DNA of 64,000 nt from Podarcis muralis (lineage: Eukaryota), in NCBI RefSeq assembly GCF_964188315.1, contig NC_135657.1:78182001-78246000 (forward strand). The letters run 5' to 3'. Shown here piece after piece: positions 31,433 to 44,470 of the stretch. The position numbers and the translations under genes were made by a program. The notes under the pieces are model-generated. The model ran no database searches and was not told the DNA's origin. It saw only the letters and a program-made list of their open reading frames with translations. Each line of letters begins with the position of its first letter. Positions within the stretch are counted from its first letter, which is position 1.

Positions 31433-33019
31433 TACTTCCTTTCACTAGGTTCTCTATTGTCCTTTCCTCTAGTCTGGTCCTGGGGTAAAATTGAGCCAGC
31501 AGCAATTTTAGACGTTTATGCCCATGCAGCAACAACCACAAGGTGTTAGGCGCATTTTGGAACATCAATAATCATGGAAGTTTCTGAAGTAAACTGTGTG
31601 AGTTTCTGGCTCACATTGCTCATGGGATGAGAAGGGGAGAGGAGGAGATAGTGAATTAAGAGGTGGAACTGGAAATGGGGCAACTCAAATGACATGGGGT
31701 TGTAATCTTTCAGGTGCCTCTAATGTCTAGAGCTCAGCAAGTAGTTCAAATTTGTAATGTAAGTATGTTTCTAAAATTCTAAGGCTGACTATATCCAGGC
31801 TTATTATAAAGACTTTTTTTTTTTTACTTCATCACACCTTTGAGTTATTTTTCAGCTGACTCTGCAGCTTGTTTTATTCTGTTTGGTTGTATGTTTTTAT
31901 TGCTATTTTAAGTCAGGGGGGTTATCATTGCTGTTGTTGTTAGTATTGTAAGCATTTTGTTAGTATTGCAAAGTATTTTGTTAGTATTGCAAACAAAATA
32001 AATAAATGATTCTACATTGACTATAGCTTAATAAAAATGTAACCCAAATAGGCTAGATCTGTTCTCCCAAAAAACAAAAGATCACGGTATCCTTAAATTA
32101 AAAAAGGTTTAATTTAAGCAGATAAAGCAGAGCAAGAGCTCATCCTCACTTCAACTTGTGCAGTGCCTATAAAACACTGTTCTGAGCAGTTTTCTGCTTG
32201 ACTCACACTTTTTAGGCTTGGATCCAAGCGGTTTACCACTTGCCCTACTCCTTCCCAGGGGAAAACCCACTCTTTAGCAATAGATTGGAAGAAATGGCAA
32301 TCCAAGGAAGACCTGAATTGCCATTTGCTCCAGTGGTTTTCCTCAGGTTGGGGGAGGGGCAGAGGGACGAGAGGAAGTCTGGATAAGTCCAACAAATTCA
32401 TTCTTTCCAAATTTAGCTATAGAAATGTGGGTCAAGTTACTTAATCTTCCTTGCAAGGTGGACAACCAGTGCCACTGTGGATCACCTTTTTGGGTTACAA
32501 CGACTGTGATGGTGCCACTCCCTTTCGCTGTTTGTTTTTATTGATATTTGGATGGGGGGATTGTGGGTGCTTCCTGGCGAGAGCAGGGAGCTTTGGGAGA
32601 CAGTAAAATTTTCTTACACCTTTTACCGTGACGTTTATGTTAGGGAGACAGCAGAAGTGAGAGTGCTGCTTCTACCTATAAATACATGCCTGTATATTTG
32701 GTGGGTGGGACTGTCTGCCTCTGCTGCATTTTTGTATTTTGGATCTGCTAGTAGTTATTGTTGGAATAGGCTACAGCCTTTAATTAACACCCACTGTCTT
32801 TAGAAGAAAAAGCTACTAAGGGTATAGTCCCCATATGTTAACTGTTTCAGTTTACACTGATGTTTAAGAGGGTATATTATTTAATTGTTATCTGTGCTGC
32901 TCTAAAAAGTGGACTTTTTACTTTACTTTTGTATTTGACTTTTAAAAGTAGCATTTTAGAATGCTGTAAATGGCTTAGAGATTTTCATTGAAATATGAAG
33001 CTATATATATACATTTTGG

Positions 33020-33503
33020 GCCGATGGGGCTGGTCAACCTGGGAAGGCTGTACTCATTTGTGAGAAAGGCTTTGGGGGTAAACCCCAAGCAAAATCTCTG
33101 TCCACTGCATTGTGGGACATCTTCGGGAGAAGAAAAGGCTAAGGAGTGAACACCACACAAATCTGGAGTGGAGTCCCTAGGACAGTTGGATGGCATCTTG
33201 TACGCCTCCTTCCAGTAGCCAAGGTGGTGCGAAATGTATTGCTCTGCTTTCCTTTGAACCAAAACCTGGGTGCAGGGATGTCTTATCATCTGGACAGCCC
33301 AGGACCTCCATGGACGCTGCCCAGTCTTGTGCCCTGGACAGGTCACTTTGGTGCAGCTGACACAGCAAAAACAACACAGGAGGGAGCAGTTATGAGTTAC
33401 CATTCCCTGCAGTCACAGTAGCTGCTGTGATTCTCCAGTGATTTGACTTCACTTGCGGAGGCACACTCCATTGTCTCTCAAGACAGATGGATGCCAACAA
33501 CAA
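33020..33503 (+). mobile_element. 3' part of an RTE-derived non-autonomous element (tentative)
   Basis: ggagtggagtccctag...ccattgtctctcaagacagatggatgccaacaac tail. Confidence 0.55.
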
Positions 33504-33829
33504 ACATATATATTTATTACCTAAATAAATAAAATATATTTTTTAAAACTTCTGGGCGGCACAGCTAGCTTGTACAGTCTGCTAGCTAAGGCTCTTGGGC
33601 TTCACCATCTGTCAGCCTCCAGGCCCCAGCATCATTGCAGCTTCCTGGGATGGGGAAGGCGGTGGAGAGGTCAGTGCTGGTGCAGTGGAGCCAATCCAGC
33701 ACTCTTGCTGATGCAACTGTGCAGTGCCAAACTTCTTGCCACTTCAACCCTCTCCCTTCCAGAAAGCCACTTCATCAGTCTTTCCCTGCCAGACACTTCT
33801 GTCCAATTTAAGGAAAATCGGCAGCAATG

Positions 33830-34180
33830 GGCAATCTCTGTCCCAGGAAGGCTTGTACACCTGATCCCTTTGTTGAGGCTTCTCTTCTAATTCCCGTCCC
33901 CCAGCTGGAAAGTCACAAACAGAGACACACAGAGAAAAGTCATAAGACCTATCTTGAAACATTTTTTTCTGTGAATTAATTTTTTTTGAAACTAGTTTCC
34001 TAGGCAATCTCTGTCCCAGGGAGGCTTGTACACCTGATCCCTTTGTTAAGGCTTCTCTTCTAATTCCCGTCCCCCAGCTGGAAAGTCACAGACAGAGACA
34101 CACAAAGAAGAGTCATAAGACCTATCTTGAAACATTTTTTTCTGTGAATTAATTTTTTTTGAAACTAGTTTCCTAGGCAA
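33830..34180. repeat. Tandem duplication, 173-bp unit x2
   Basis: 33830-34002 and 34003-34175, about 5 substitutions, GGCAA microhomology at the junctions. Confidence 0.95.
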
Positions 34181-34372
34181 CTTCTCTTCCACCCCTGTCT
34201 GCTGTAGTTCCCCTCCTTCTCCATCCAAGGATCTGTCCTTTTTCAGTCCTCGTCACCTTTAAACACCCAGCTCAACAAATTCTTACCCAAGTAAGAACTT
34301 TTTCCTCCTGGGAATCTCACTTGAAGAGTCCTTTCCCTGCTTGCACCACTTCATGATGAGAATGCATCAATA

Positions 34373-34611
34373 CAGTGGTACCTCAGGTTAAGTACTTAAT
34401 TCGTTCCGGAGGTCCGTACTTAACCTGAAACTGTTCTTAACCTGAAGCACCACTTTAGCTAATGGGGGCTGCTGCTGCTGCGCCGCCGGAGCACGATTTC
34501 TGTTCTCATCCTGAAGCAAAGTTCTTAACCTGAAGCACTATTTCTGGGTTAGCGGAGTCTGTAACCTGAAGCATATGTAACCTGAAGTGTCTGTAACCTG
34601 AGGTACCACTG
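34373..34611 (+). mobile_element. Tigger/pogo-type MITE (same family as 31191)
   Basis: CAGTGGTACCTCAGGTTA TIR, TA TSD, near-identical to the 31191 copy. Confidence 0.92.
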
Positions 34612-35081
34612 TACTGGGATGGGGAACTTCTGGCTCCAGATGTTGCTGGACTTTGGCTCCCATCATCCCTCACAATGAGCTGGGCCAGCTAGGACAATAG
34701 GGATTCATGTATGACTACATCTGGAGGGCCACACTAGTTCGCCATCTTTGCATTAAACATGATCATTTTTGTATTTTATTGTAAGCTACTCACAGCATAA
34801 TTATATGGACATGTTTATTCAGAAGGAAGCCACACCGTCCTCAATGTGGCTTACTCCCAAGTGGGTTTACATAGGATTGCAGCTGTAGACTGTATACACA
34901 CGTAGCATTTGAAATGCACAGGGGTCAGTTTTTTCACAGTACATAATAGTTTTCTTCATGCACTAACATCATCTAAAGTGCCAGCTAATATCCATGTTGT
35001 CTGTAGGTGGCCATGTTTTCAAATCAGTGTGCTATCTACTCCCTGTCCTTCAATTACTGTTTCCGCAGACCATTTTTTAAA

Positions 35082-35129
<48 letters not shown>

Positions 35130-36576
35130 CAAAGCCTTCAAAAGAGAGGGGCTGGAAACTGGTACATTGATATAATGATACACAGAGGATATATATCAAT
35201 ATAACTTACTATACTGCTTCCTTGTTTGCCTGTTTCATTCACAGGCAAGTTAAACATAGTGAGGGGGAGCGGCACAGTCCTGCAACATCATTATGTCTGC
35301 TCCAATAGGAAGTGACCTGAGAAAGCACTCTGTGTATAAACATGTAGACAGCAAGCGCTTCAGAAGTGCATTCTTGGTACAAAACAGATTATAGCCATTC
35401 CTGCAGAATTCACTTTAGATTGGCAAATAGTGTGGGACAGGAATGTCATGGGCATGACATCATATGCACAGCACCCAAAAAAGACATCTTCATCCAGCAC
35501 CAAATGCACATTATCATGCAGTGTGTACATGCGCTTAGTAGCAGCACATAATGTCTCTATAATAAGCTTGGAAGGAGCAACCTATATTGCTTTGTCCTTG
35601 CTGAACCAGCAATTCAACAACTATTTGCCCTTTCCGCTTGTCTAAATGCAAAACGGGGAACAGCAGTGAATCAACATTGCTGATCATGTGACACACAGGC
35701 TCAACATCTCCACAGAGGGTCTCTTTTTCTCTGCCTATCCTCTCACCTCACCCGTTTCTTTTGCTCACCTCTCAAAAACCCATAATCTCAGTTTGGTTCA
35801 GCAAGACCAAATTAACTGGCTAGTTAATGCTATGAAATGCTGCACAGAGCACAGAAATGTTTGCTGAAATTCTGTTGTGTATTAATGTTTTATAAGAATA
35901 AAACTTGCGAAAGAAAGAGGGGGGAAACACACCAACACCAGCTTTTAGTGGAAAAGAAAAATAAATGACATTTTGTACTCGGAATCTATAGTTCAAGGTC
36001 CAGCGTATGTTCATTACCAGAAATATAGGAAATTAAAAGCAGGTGTGGGGAGGTTTTTCTGAATGATGCCAGGGCTCAGCTCAGACCTTGGCTGGAAGGA
36101 AATAAGTGTTTGCACACACCAAATGACTGGTTTATTGCATAGTTGACGAGCTGCCACAAAGCTTCATCCATTAAAATCAGGCAAATATGCTCAAATTAAT
36201 TTAAAGTAAAGCCCTGCTTGATAACAGATGCCAGTCGGAGGAAGGGCTTGTTGGCATTCAGTAAACTTAACGAGGAGAGTCTGTGGGACTGTACCACAAC
36301 TTTTCTGGGTATCTTTTGGTTTTTTTTAATGGATATCAGAGACAGCCAGAGAAACCAAACTGTATGAAAGCTATTTTTGGTAAGCAGTGGCAACAGAAAA
36401 CAAACTCCATATTTTCACAAATGCTCTTTCTTAAAAAGATAAGAGCTGCATTGCTGGTAGAATTGCTAGCTGACCAGATTTAACAAAGAATTTAAAAAAT
36501 CCCGGCTCTTGTTCCTTATATCAACAGCTTGGTGTGCATAAATCAAAAGAAGTATTTTGGTGCATACAGATTAATA

Positions 36577-36801
36577 GGTAAAGGATCCCTGGATGGTTAA
36601 GTCCAGTCAAATTCGACTATGGGGTGCAACGCTCATCTCCACTTTCAGGCTGAGGGAGCCGGCGTTTGTCCACAGACAGCTTTTCTGGGTCATGTGATCA
36701 GCATGATTAAACCACTTCTGGCACACAGAACACTGACGAGTGCCAGAGCACACAGAAATGCTGTTTACCTTCCCTCTGAAGCAGTACCTATTTATCTACT
36801 C
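36577..36801 (-). mobile_element. Sauria SINE, 5'-truncated and diverged
   Basis: ggtaaagg tail and 3' body similar to the other copies. Confidence 0.8.
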
Positions 36802-38874
36802 TCATCAGTAGATGTCCGGGAAAATCCGGACACATGGCAAGCCATGCCAGCAGTGTCGTTTTTGCTGGTTTTCCTTAAAAATAGCTCAAAAACTGCAAGA
36901 ACTTTGCCAAAAACACTCAACAACTTTTGTGTCCAGATTTCCACTTTTTGAAATATGGCAACCCTAGTGTTGGAGGCAGTATGCCTTTGAATCACATGTG
37001 TTGTTGCACTCAGGTCCTGCTTCTGAGCTTGCATCTGATTAGCCACTGTGAGAATAGGATGCTGGACAAGACAAGCATTTGGTCTGATCCAGCAGGGCTC
37101 TTTTCATGTTCATACATGGTAGTTTGGTGCACCCAGGGATGCATGTCTGGAGCAATGGCTGGGAACATGTGGCCCTCCGGATGTTGCTGGGCTACAGTTC
37201 CAATCAACCCTTACCACTGGGAATGCAGTCTGGGGCTGATGGGATTGCAGTGTAACAACAGCTGAATGGCTTATCCCTGATCTGGAGGCTAGGAGCAGGT
37301 TCAGTGGATGTGGTCTTTCTCTATCAGTATAGATAAATACCTAGAGGAATGACTGAACAGAGCTAGTTAAGCTACTGGCTACACTACGTCTTGAATTCTG
37401 AATGTTTATTGCGCATTGTGTAAAATATATGCTTTCTTTTCCTGTCCTCGTTCACATGTTTGCAATGCTTCATCTGGGTTTCTTGGTCAGAGGGGAAGCT
37501 CGGTGGAAATCTAAGAACATGATCAATCCAAGAAAGATGCTGAAAGAGTCGTGGGAGGTGAAGGGACCCAGAGTAAAAGATAAACAGGTTCTGCGTTAGC
37601 TCCAAATAATTCTCAGTCTAGACTTCGGACAAAAAGTCTGCCTCTCTGTTTTTAATTCCTTCTGCTGGAAAGAAAAGTGCTGGAAATTGGTTCTTCCTCC
37701 TGCTGTATGTTGAACACTGACTCAGGAATGAATGCCCTTCAGCTATCCAGGAACTGCCAACTGAGGCCTTCAAAAGAGACTCACATGGCCAAGCTTGAAC
37801 AAGGGAATTTCAGTCTGAACTTGGCCCCACCGAATGCAGTGGTTGAAAGGCCCCCTGAGGTTGCAACAGTGCTGTAGTAATCCGAGTAAACAGGGACATT
37901 TTTCCCCCACCCCTAACTTTCCTCCAGTTAAACAGAACTCGCTTACGCATCCAGTCGTTTAGGCCCAGTCATGATTCTTTTCAAGCAGCTGCCAACAGTT
38001 TTTAGTCATCTTCTGGCAAAGTGTTTTTAACCACAAATGTTACATAGCTGCTGGATGAGTCATTGCTTTGAGTTATCTAATTCCTAGACCAGTGCATGCT
38101 TGCTTTTTCCTGCAGTTCAGGAAAATTCAAATATCGTAGAGGGTGCTGAGCAGAGCTCACTGCTTGGAAAGACAGGAGCGCTCGGAGTCACTCTTGTCTC
38201 CAAGACAGGGATCCTTGAGGAATTTGATCTTTGTGAAATGCACACCTCCTGATTGATTGTGTAGATTGAGACATTATCCTTTGGAATTCATACTTTTCTG
38301 AAATTTGTGATACGGTTCTCAGCTCAAAAGAATAGCAAAAAATAATCTTTTAGGATAAAATATATTTAGAAATGTTGCATTTTAAATACATATTTGAAAC
38401 ATTTTTATATTTTAATTTCCATCCATTTTTTAAATTACATATTTATTTTATTTAACAGGATTTATATAGCACTTAATCATCAATAACCTCTAAGCAGTTT
38501 ACATGGAATACACATTAATGTTGGAATGGACTTATAAATGGATACGTGAAACTGACATGAACCCGGTAATAGATTAACCCATCCATCTCAAGTTTGAGAA
38601 AACCTTGTTAAGATGTTTAAGACAAACAAGTAGCTCCAAGTCATGCTCCTGGACTGCAGACCTGCACAGTGCACATGGTTGGTTTGCTGCTAGTTACAGG
38701 CATCAATAATACCTTTAAGATGTTTCCAGACAATGCAGTGACTTGTGCATAGGCTCCTGTATCTGAAAAAGAGGCCCTGCTTTGTTCTCTGGGATTTTCT
38801 GTTTCTTGAGCACAAAGGCAAGCTGTGTATAGATTGACTAGTTGGGTTTATCAAGTGATAGTTTGCCACACTGT

Positions 38875-39471
38875 TGTCAGGGTGGGTGTCAGGAGCAGGT
38901 CAGCAATAACAACTCACATGGTGGCAGTGAAATTAACTCTCTTTATTCAAAGAAACAAGACAGCTCAGTAGGCCAGGCCAAGTGAACACAGTAACTGTTC
39001 CTGGTAGATCTTGTGCCAATGAGGCAGATGTGAGGACTGAAGGTCCTCACCTTCCCGCAGCTCTCTAAGTCCTTCCCAAGCAACCTGAGACGCCTTTGTC
39101 TTGCCTCTTTTTGTTCTGCCCGCTTCATACCTCTTTGGGTTCTGGGAGACCAGGATGGAGGGCAGCTGCCTGTTGCAGGAGGGGGAGGCAGCCTGATTTC
39201 CTCACCAGCCTGACCCATCTCTGCCACTTGACCCCCCTCTTCTCCAGCCTCCGCTTCTGTTTCTGATTCTGGACTGCTCTCTGCCGCAGCCTCTTCCTGT
39301 TCACTAAATCCTGTTGCCTCTTTAGTTCCTGACACCTCCTCCTACCAGACTTCTCCTTCTGACCATGCACCGTTGTCCCACCACTAATCCCTGGGCTCTG
39401 AGCCTTCTTCCCTTGGGGGTTCCCCAGCTGGTGCCTCCCACCACTCCTCTAAATCCAGCCAGACCATGACA
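38875..39471 (-). mobile_element. Solo LTR (597 bp) of a second Gypsy-like family
   Basis: TGTCA...TGACA termini; perfect 5-bp TSD ACTGT (38870-38874, 39472-39476); minus-strand AATAAA at 38942-38947; purine-rich U3 with a decayed acidic/basic ORF. Confidence 0.9.
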
Positions 39472-41243
39472 ACTGTGCATGTAACCAGCTGATTGGCTGG
39501 CCATCTATATCAGCCTGCCAAAACACTTCTGTATCAGAAATCTGGGAACCAGAGGAATAGTAGAATTCTCATCATTTGGCCAAATAATACAGGAGACTAG
39601 CTTATCACATGGTTACATGCTCAGTTGTGCAATGCATAACCACTTAGTAAATGGCTGTCTGTATTCACCCAGTGAGACTGAAAATTCCAAAAAGGAGAAA
39701 CACCCACAGAACCTGTTACTCTGATGCATCCATGCACTGTGATTTCACAACAGTCCTGAGCAGATGGTCATTGAATGCACAAATAAATAAGTGAGAGGTG
39801 AGACTGGTATCATGTCAATTGGCCCTGCTTTCAGTCTCCATGTTTTCAATGTGTCATTTGCACAGAAATGTGCCAGCATCACCATAGTGTATGTAGGTCC
39901 ATACACACAATTTGTCCCCTTCATTTTTTTCAGAGTACAGAGTGCACCTAGAGACCCTATACTCTAGAACATATACTCTTTGGGGAGTACTTGCATTTGC
40001 TGTCCATGTATATACAGTACAGGGGTTTCTCCACCCTCATGGAGAAGTATACTACCTTTTTTTTTAAGGGCAAACATTTGCACAGGCTACCTTGCCACCA
40101 AAATAGTACATTCAAACTAAACCTATACTGTATCTGTTTACAGGGATGTAAGTCCCACTGAGTTCCATCAAACACTTCCATTTAAGTTTCAGCCTAAAAC
40201 ATATCAGTTAGTCTGCTTAACCTTTTTGTGTTTGGCCTTCGAAAGTACTGTAGAATCAAAAGCAAAATATAAGATCAGCAGTGATGAGTGCATATATTAT
40301 GTTTTGCGGTATTTCAGTTTTATTTTGTGGCTTTCAGTTGTTAGAGTTCTTAGTTACAGAAGTATTACTTCTTTGGCTGTCTAGATCACAGTGGATGAGT
40401 AGTATGATTTAAAAAGTATAACATTGGGTTAGGTGACAGCTTTCACTCAACTCATATCTGTCAACCCATGGGTATGTAAATATAGAGTTATGTGTAACTC
40501 ACAAGCCTGCATTCGGGGCCCACCCAATATGTTTTGCTCCTGCCACCTCTGTGGGTGTGTCCTAACCTCTGCCATAGTTGTGCCATGCCACCACCGCCAT
40601 GGCTATGCCTTGGGCATGTCCCTTCCCCTTCCTACATTTTGACATGCTTATCTCATTCAGCCAGCTGATAAACAATCTACTAAACCAGGGTAGGTAACCT
40701 TCACCACATGGCCAGTCCTGGCCTGCCAGGAGTTCCAATTTTACCTGTGATGCCATTAAAAAAAACAACACCCACCTGACAATCAGGTGACATAACATCA
40801 ATGGACAGGTGATTTCAATTTGATGGGCAGGTTTGTGGGCATGGTGAAGTGAAGTTTGTGGGCATGGTGGTTCCCTGCACCCAGCAGAATTAAACATCCC
40901 CGCCTCCCATCAGCTGATGGACAGGGAGAGGGTCAATTCTGCTTGCTTCGACTTCACACACAGTCCTGTGGGGAATAGTCGATTCCTGCAGAAAGCAGTT
41001 CAGTTCTGCTTGGTTTGGCTGCGTGCACAGAGAATTTGCACATACAGTCAATCCCTTCACCTAGCAGGAATGACTTCATCCACCCATCCATTAGCTGATG
41101 GATAAAGAGTTCAATTCTGCTATCAATCTTGCCTACCTGTCAAAGTTGGCCCATGCAGGTGGCAGGTAAATAAAGATCTGGCCCATGGGGCCTAAAAAGT
41201 TCCCCATCCCTGTACTACAGTATACAGTCAGGATAACTGTAAG

Positions 41244-41436
41244 CACTGGCGGAGGAACAGGGGTGCAGGGGGAGCGCACCGCCCCTGGTGGCATGATCCC
41301 AGTGGGGTGCCATAGGGGCTGCCCCCCCGCACTGGGCGCTATGCCCCCGCAGGCAGTACACCACACCCCCTGGACGCGCGCCAGCCACACACCCGCCTGC
41401 TCTCCACCCCCGCCAGAGCTTGAAGCTCCACCACTG
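41244..41436. mobile_element. hAT MITE (GC-rich)
   Basis: CACTGGCGGAG...CTCCACCACTG ends; 8-bp TSD 7/8 (ACTGTAAG / AGTGTAAG). Confidence 0.75.
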
Positions 41437-41586
41437 AGTGTAAGAACTGCACAAGTTGTAATAATAATGAGATTTCCTGCCCGCCCTTCACCATGAGAAC
41501 CCAGGTTGAGTTGTAACAATTTAAAAATACAATATTAAAATCATGTAAAACTAAATGAGTAATAGTGCAATACTATGCATATATAA

Positions 41587-41948
41587 AGTAAAGGTAAAGG
41601 TACCCCTGCCCGTACGGGCCAGTCTTGACAGACTCTAGGGTTGTGCGCCCATCTCACTTAAGAGGCTGGGGGCCAGCGCTGTCCGGAGACACTTCCGGGT
41701 CACGTGGCCAGCGTGACAAAGCTGCATCTGGCGAGCCAGCGCAGCACACGGAAACACCGTTTACCTTCCCGCCAGTAAGCGGTCCCTATTTATCTACTTG
41801 CACCCGGGGGTGCTTTCAAACTGCTAGGTTGGCAGGCGCTGGGACCGAGCAACGGGAGCGCACCCCGCCGCGGGGATTCGAACCGCCGACCTTTCGATCG
41901 GCAAGCCCTAGGCGCTGAGGCTTTTACCCACAGCGCCACCCGCGTCCC
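41587..41948 (-). mobile_element. Sauria SINE, full length
   Basis: GGGACGCGGGTGGCGCTG 5' end, GGTTCGAATCC B box, (TTTACC)n tail; TSD TATGCATATATA. Confidence 0.92.
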
Positions 41949-42085
41949 ATATGCATATATACTCTGAAGTAAACTCTGAATTAATTTAAAATTAAATTCA
42001 GAGTATATATATGCATATATACTCTGAATTAAACCTCCCTGCGTTAAGCAGGGCTTACTCACTAGTGTGCTTAGGATTGCAATCT

Positions 42086-42318
42086 GTAGCATAATATGAT
42101 TAGAGTGTTGGACTATGACCTAGGAGACCAGGGTTCAAATCCCTGCTCAACCATGAAGTTCACTGGGTGACTTCGGGCCAGTCACCGTCTCGCAGCCTAA
42201 CCTACTTCACAGGGTTGTTGTGAGCATAAAATGGGGATGAGAACCATGCATACCACATTGAGCTCTGTGGAAGAAAAGGTGGTATATAAATGTAAGAAAT
42301 AAAATGAAGTAAATAAAA
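42086..42318 (+). mobile_element. CORE/MIR-like SINE (Squam3-like; family name tentative)
   Basis: GGTTCAAATCC B box, gtgacttcgggccagtca CORE, AT-rich tail; similar to the 6798 copy. Confidence 0.8.
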
Positions 42319-44282
42319 TGTAACGAAAGGTCTGCTTCAGTGTATAATATGCCAAATGCAAAGAGCTGAGGCAGTGTAGAGTACCAGAACCCAGCTTATC
42401 TGATTCTCTGCAATATCATGTTATGCTTTACTACTTGTTGTCTAAGCATGGATGGATGAGCTAGACACTCAACCACAGCAAAAAGAAATGCAGTATGAAG
42501 ATCCAAGCGGTGAGGTGATCAAAGGAAAGGGAAATAAATCAAAGGGGGGAAATGGTTGTGCCGAGTGCTTCAGCCATTTCTTCCTCTCCTTTCCCCCATC
42601 CCACCCCCAGCATTTTCTTTGCTAGATTCTTCAGTCTGCTAAGATTTCAAGATGTATAAAACATTACCATCTTCCCCCTCCCAAAAAAGGGGGGGCTTTT
42701 CCTGACCTTACTTTAGAGTTGTACGTATATTACATTCTAAAACTGTAGTGTGTGTGTGTGTGTGTTGAGGGACCCAAGGTGATTTGTTTCATCTCCACAC
42801 TGGCTATCCAAATAAATGCCTATTGGCCTTAAACACATAACTTTTCATTAGGACTGAGAGAGCTTGGTGGAGGGATTCTTTTGACTAGCAAGCTCTCTCT
42901 TTTCTTAGATCTTGCCAATGTCACAAAAATAGAGTCAGCTTAATTGCAATCAATGGATAATTCTCAGAGATTTTTTTTTCTTTTTTGCATGGTGTAATTA
43001 GCAGCTTTTTGCAGCTTTTTCTTATTCCTAAATTCGTCTGTTTTCTGCTTGGGCATATTTAGCTGTAGTAAACAAAATTCTGCACAACCTTTTGTGCTTA
43101 GGATTTCATTCCCCCTCAGTGAGCAAATGGCTACGACTATGGCTGTGTGCACATTGCCAGCTTAAAATGCAGCTTGCTCGTTCTTTTTCTCAATTCAGAT
43201 GGAAGCCACTTTGGAGGAAAAACGTATCAAAATGCAGAAACAACAGGATAGATTCGGAACAGATATGGAATGTCCATATATACATGTACAATGAATCCTA
43301 AATTTCTAGCAATAGGTATTCAGGTGTTCCAGATCAAAGCCGGTTTGCTGGTTCTTTGTCATTGTCCCTGCTGTTAATATAATTAATAATATCATACCAA
43401 ACTGGTAGAAACTTGTCTGCTTTATTCTGCCTCTTGCCCATCTCAAATTATAGGTTAACTCACCTATGTTTTATCTTGAATAATATGCAGGAATTCAGGC
43501 TTACAGTGTCTTTAAGGGAAAGAGTCAGATCTGTGCCAGTTCTCTTCTAAGAACCAAGTAGCATTAAACAGAGATATCAGAAACTGGAAAAGGAACAGCC
43601 ATTTTTTATCTAATCCATACTGTGATACAGTCCCCTAAGTTCCAGTAACATATTTAAAATGCAGCAAACAAGCAGTGAACTTCTGTGTAAACAAAGACAA
43701 AGGCATACTTTAAGTTGTTTTAAACTGTGTAATATTGTGTTTTTAATATCCATGTTGTGTTTTGATTGTTGTGACCCACTCACCGTGGGACCTTTGGGTG
43801 AACGGCAGGTAATACATTTTAATAATAATACTGCCCCCATTTTAATGTTGTAGATCAGGAGAGCAGGTGGGTGGAGGATAACAATCTGCTCAAAAGAGGC
43901 AATGGAGGTGAGGGATGGAGGTGATACCCAGCATGTAGGCTGAGTACCACAGACATGGGTGCCTTAGCACTTGCCACTTGCAGGAACCTAGAAAGGAAAA
44001 GTATAAAATGGGCAGGATCTTCTTTTGGGGTCCGGGCAGTTTGGCTTCCAAAAGGCGGGGGGGGGGCGGCATTTATGTGTGCATTCCAGAAAAACATGTT
44101 GCTTGCTTGGTCCTAATGGGAAAAGAGGGGTTTTTAATTTTTTTAGCTGATATAATATTTTGAAAGAGACCATATTTGAAAGAGACTGGCTTTCAGCACA
44201 GGCAAGACCTTTCACCTACTGCATTTCCACCTAAACATCTTACCATTCAAACACTCCTTGACTGGAATCTTGACCAGTCTGA

Positions 44283-44470
44283 GGGCCAGAGCTCAGTGGT
44301 AGAGCATCTGCTTTGCACACAGAAGATCCCAGGTTCAATCCTCAGCATCTCCAGAAGGACAAGAAGAGAGCCTTTTCTGAAACCCTGGAGAATGGCTGCC
44401 AGTCAGTGGGGACTATACTGAGCTAGAAGGACTAATGCTGTGCCTCAATATAATGCAGCTTCTTGGGTCC
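44283..44470 (+). mobile_element. tRNA-derived SINE (same family as 996)
   Basis: gggccagagctcagtggtagagcat A box, GGTTCAATCC B box, same body. Confidence 0.85.

Noticed and set aside
5550-33503. 5' and 3' parts of the same RTE-derived family as one element split by 27 kb
   Set aside because: No shared TSD or junction evidence; independent truncated copies are more likely
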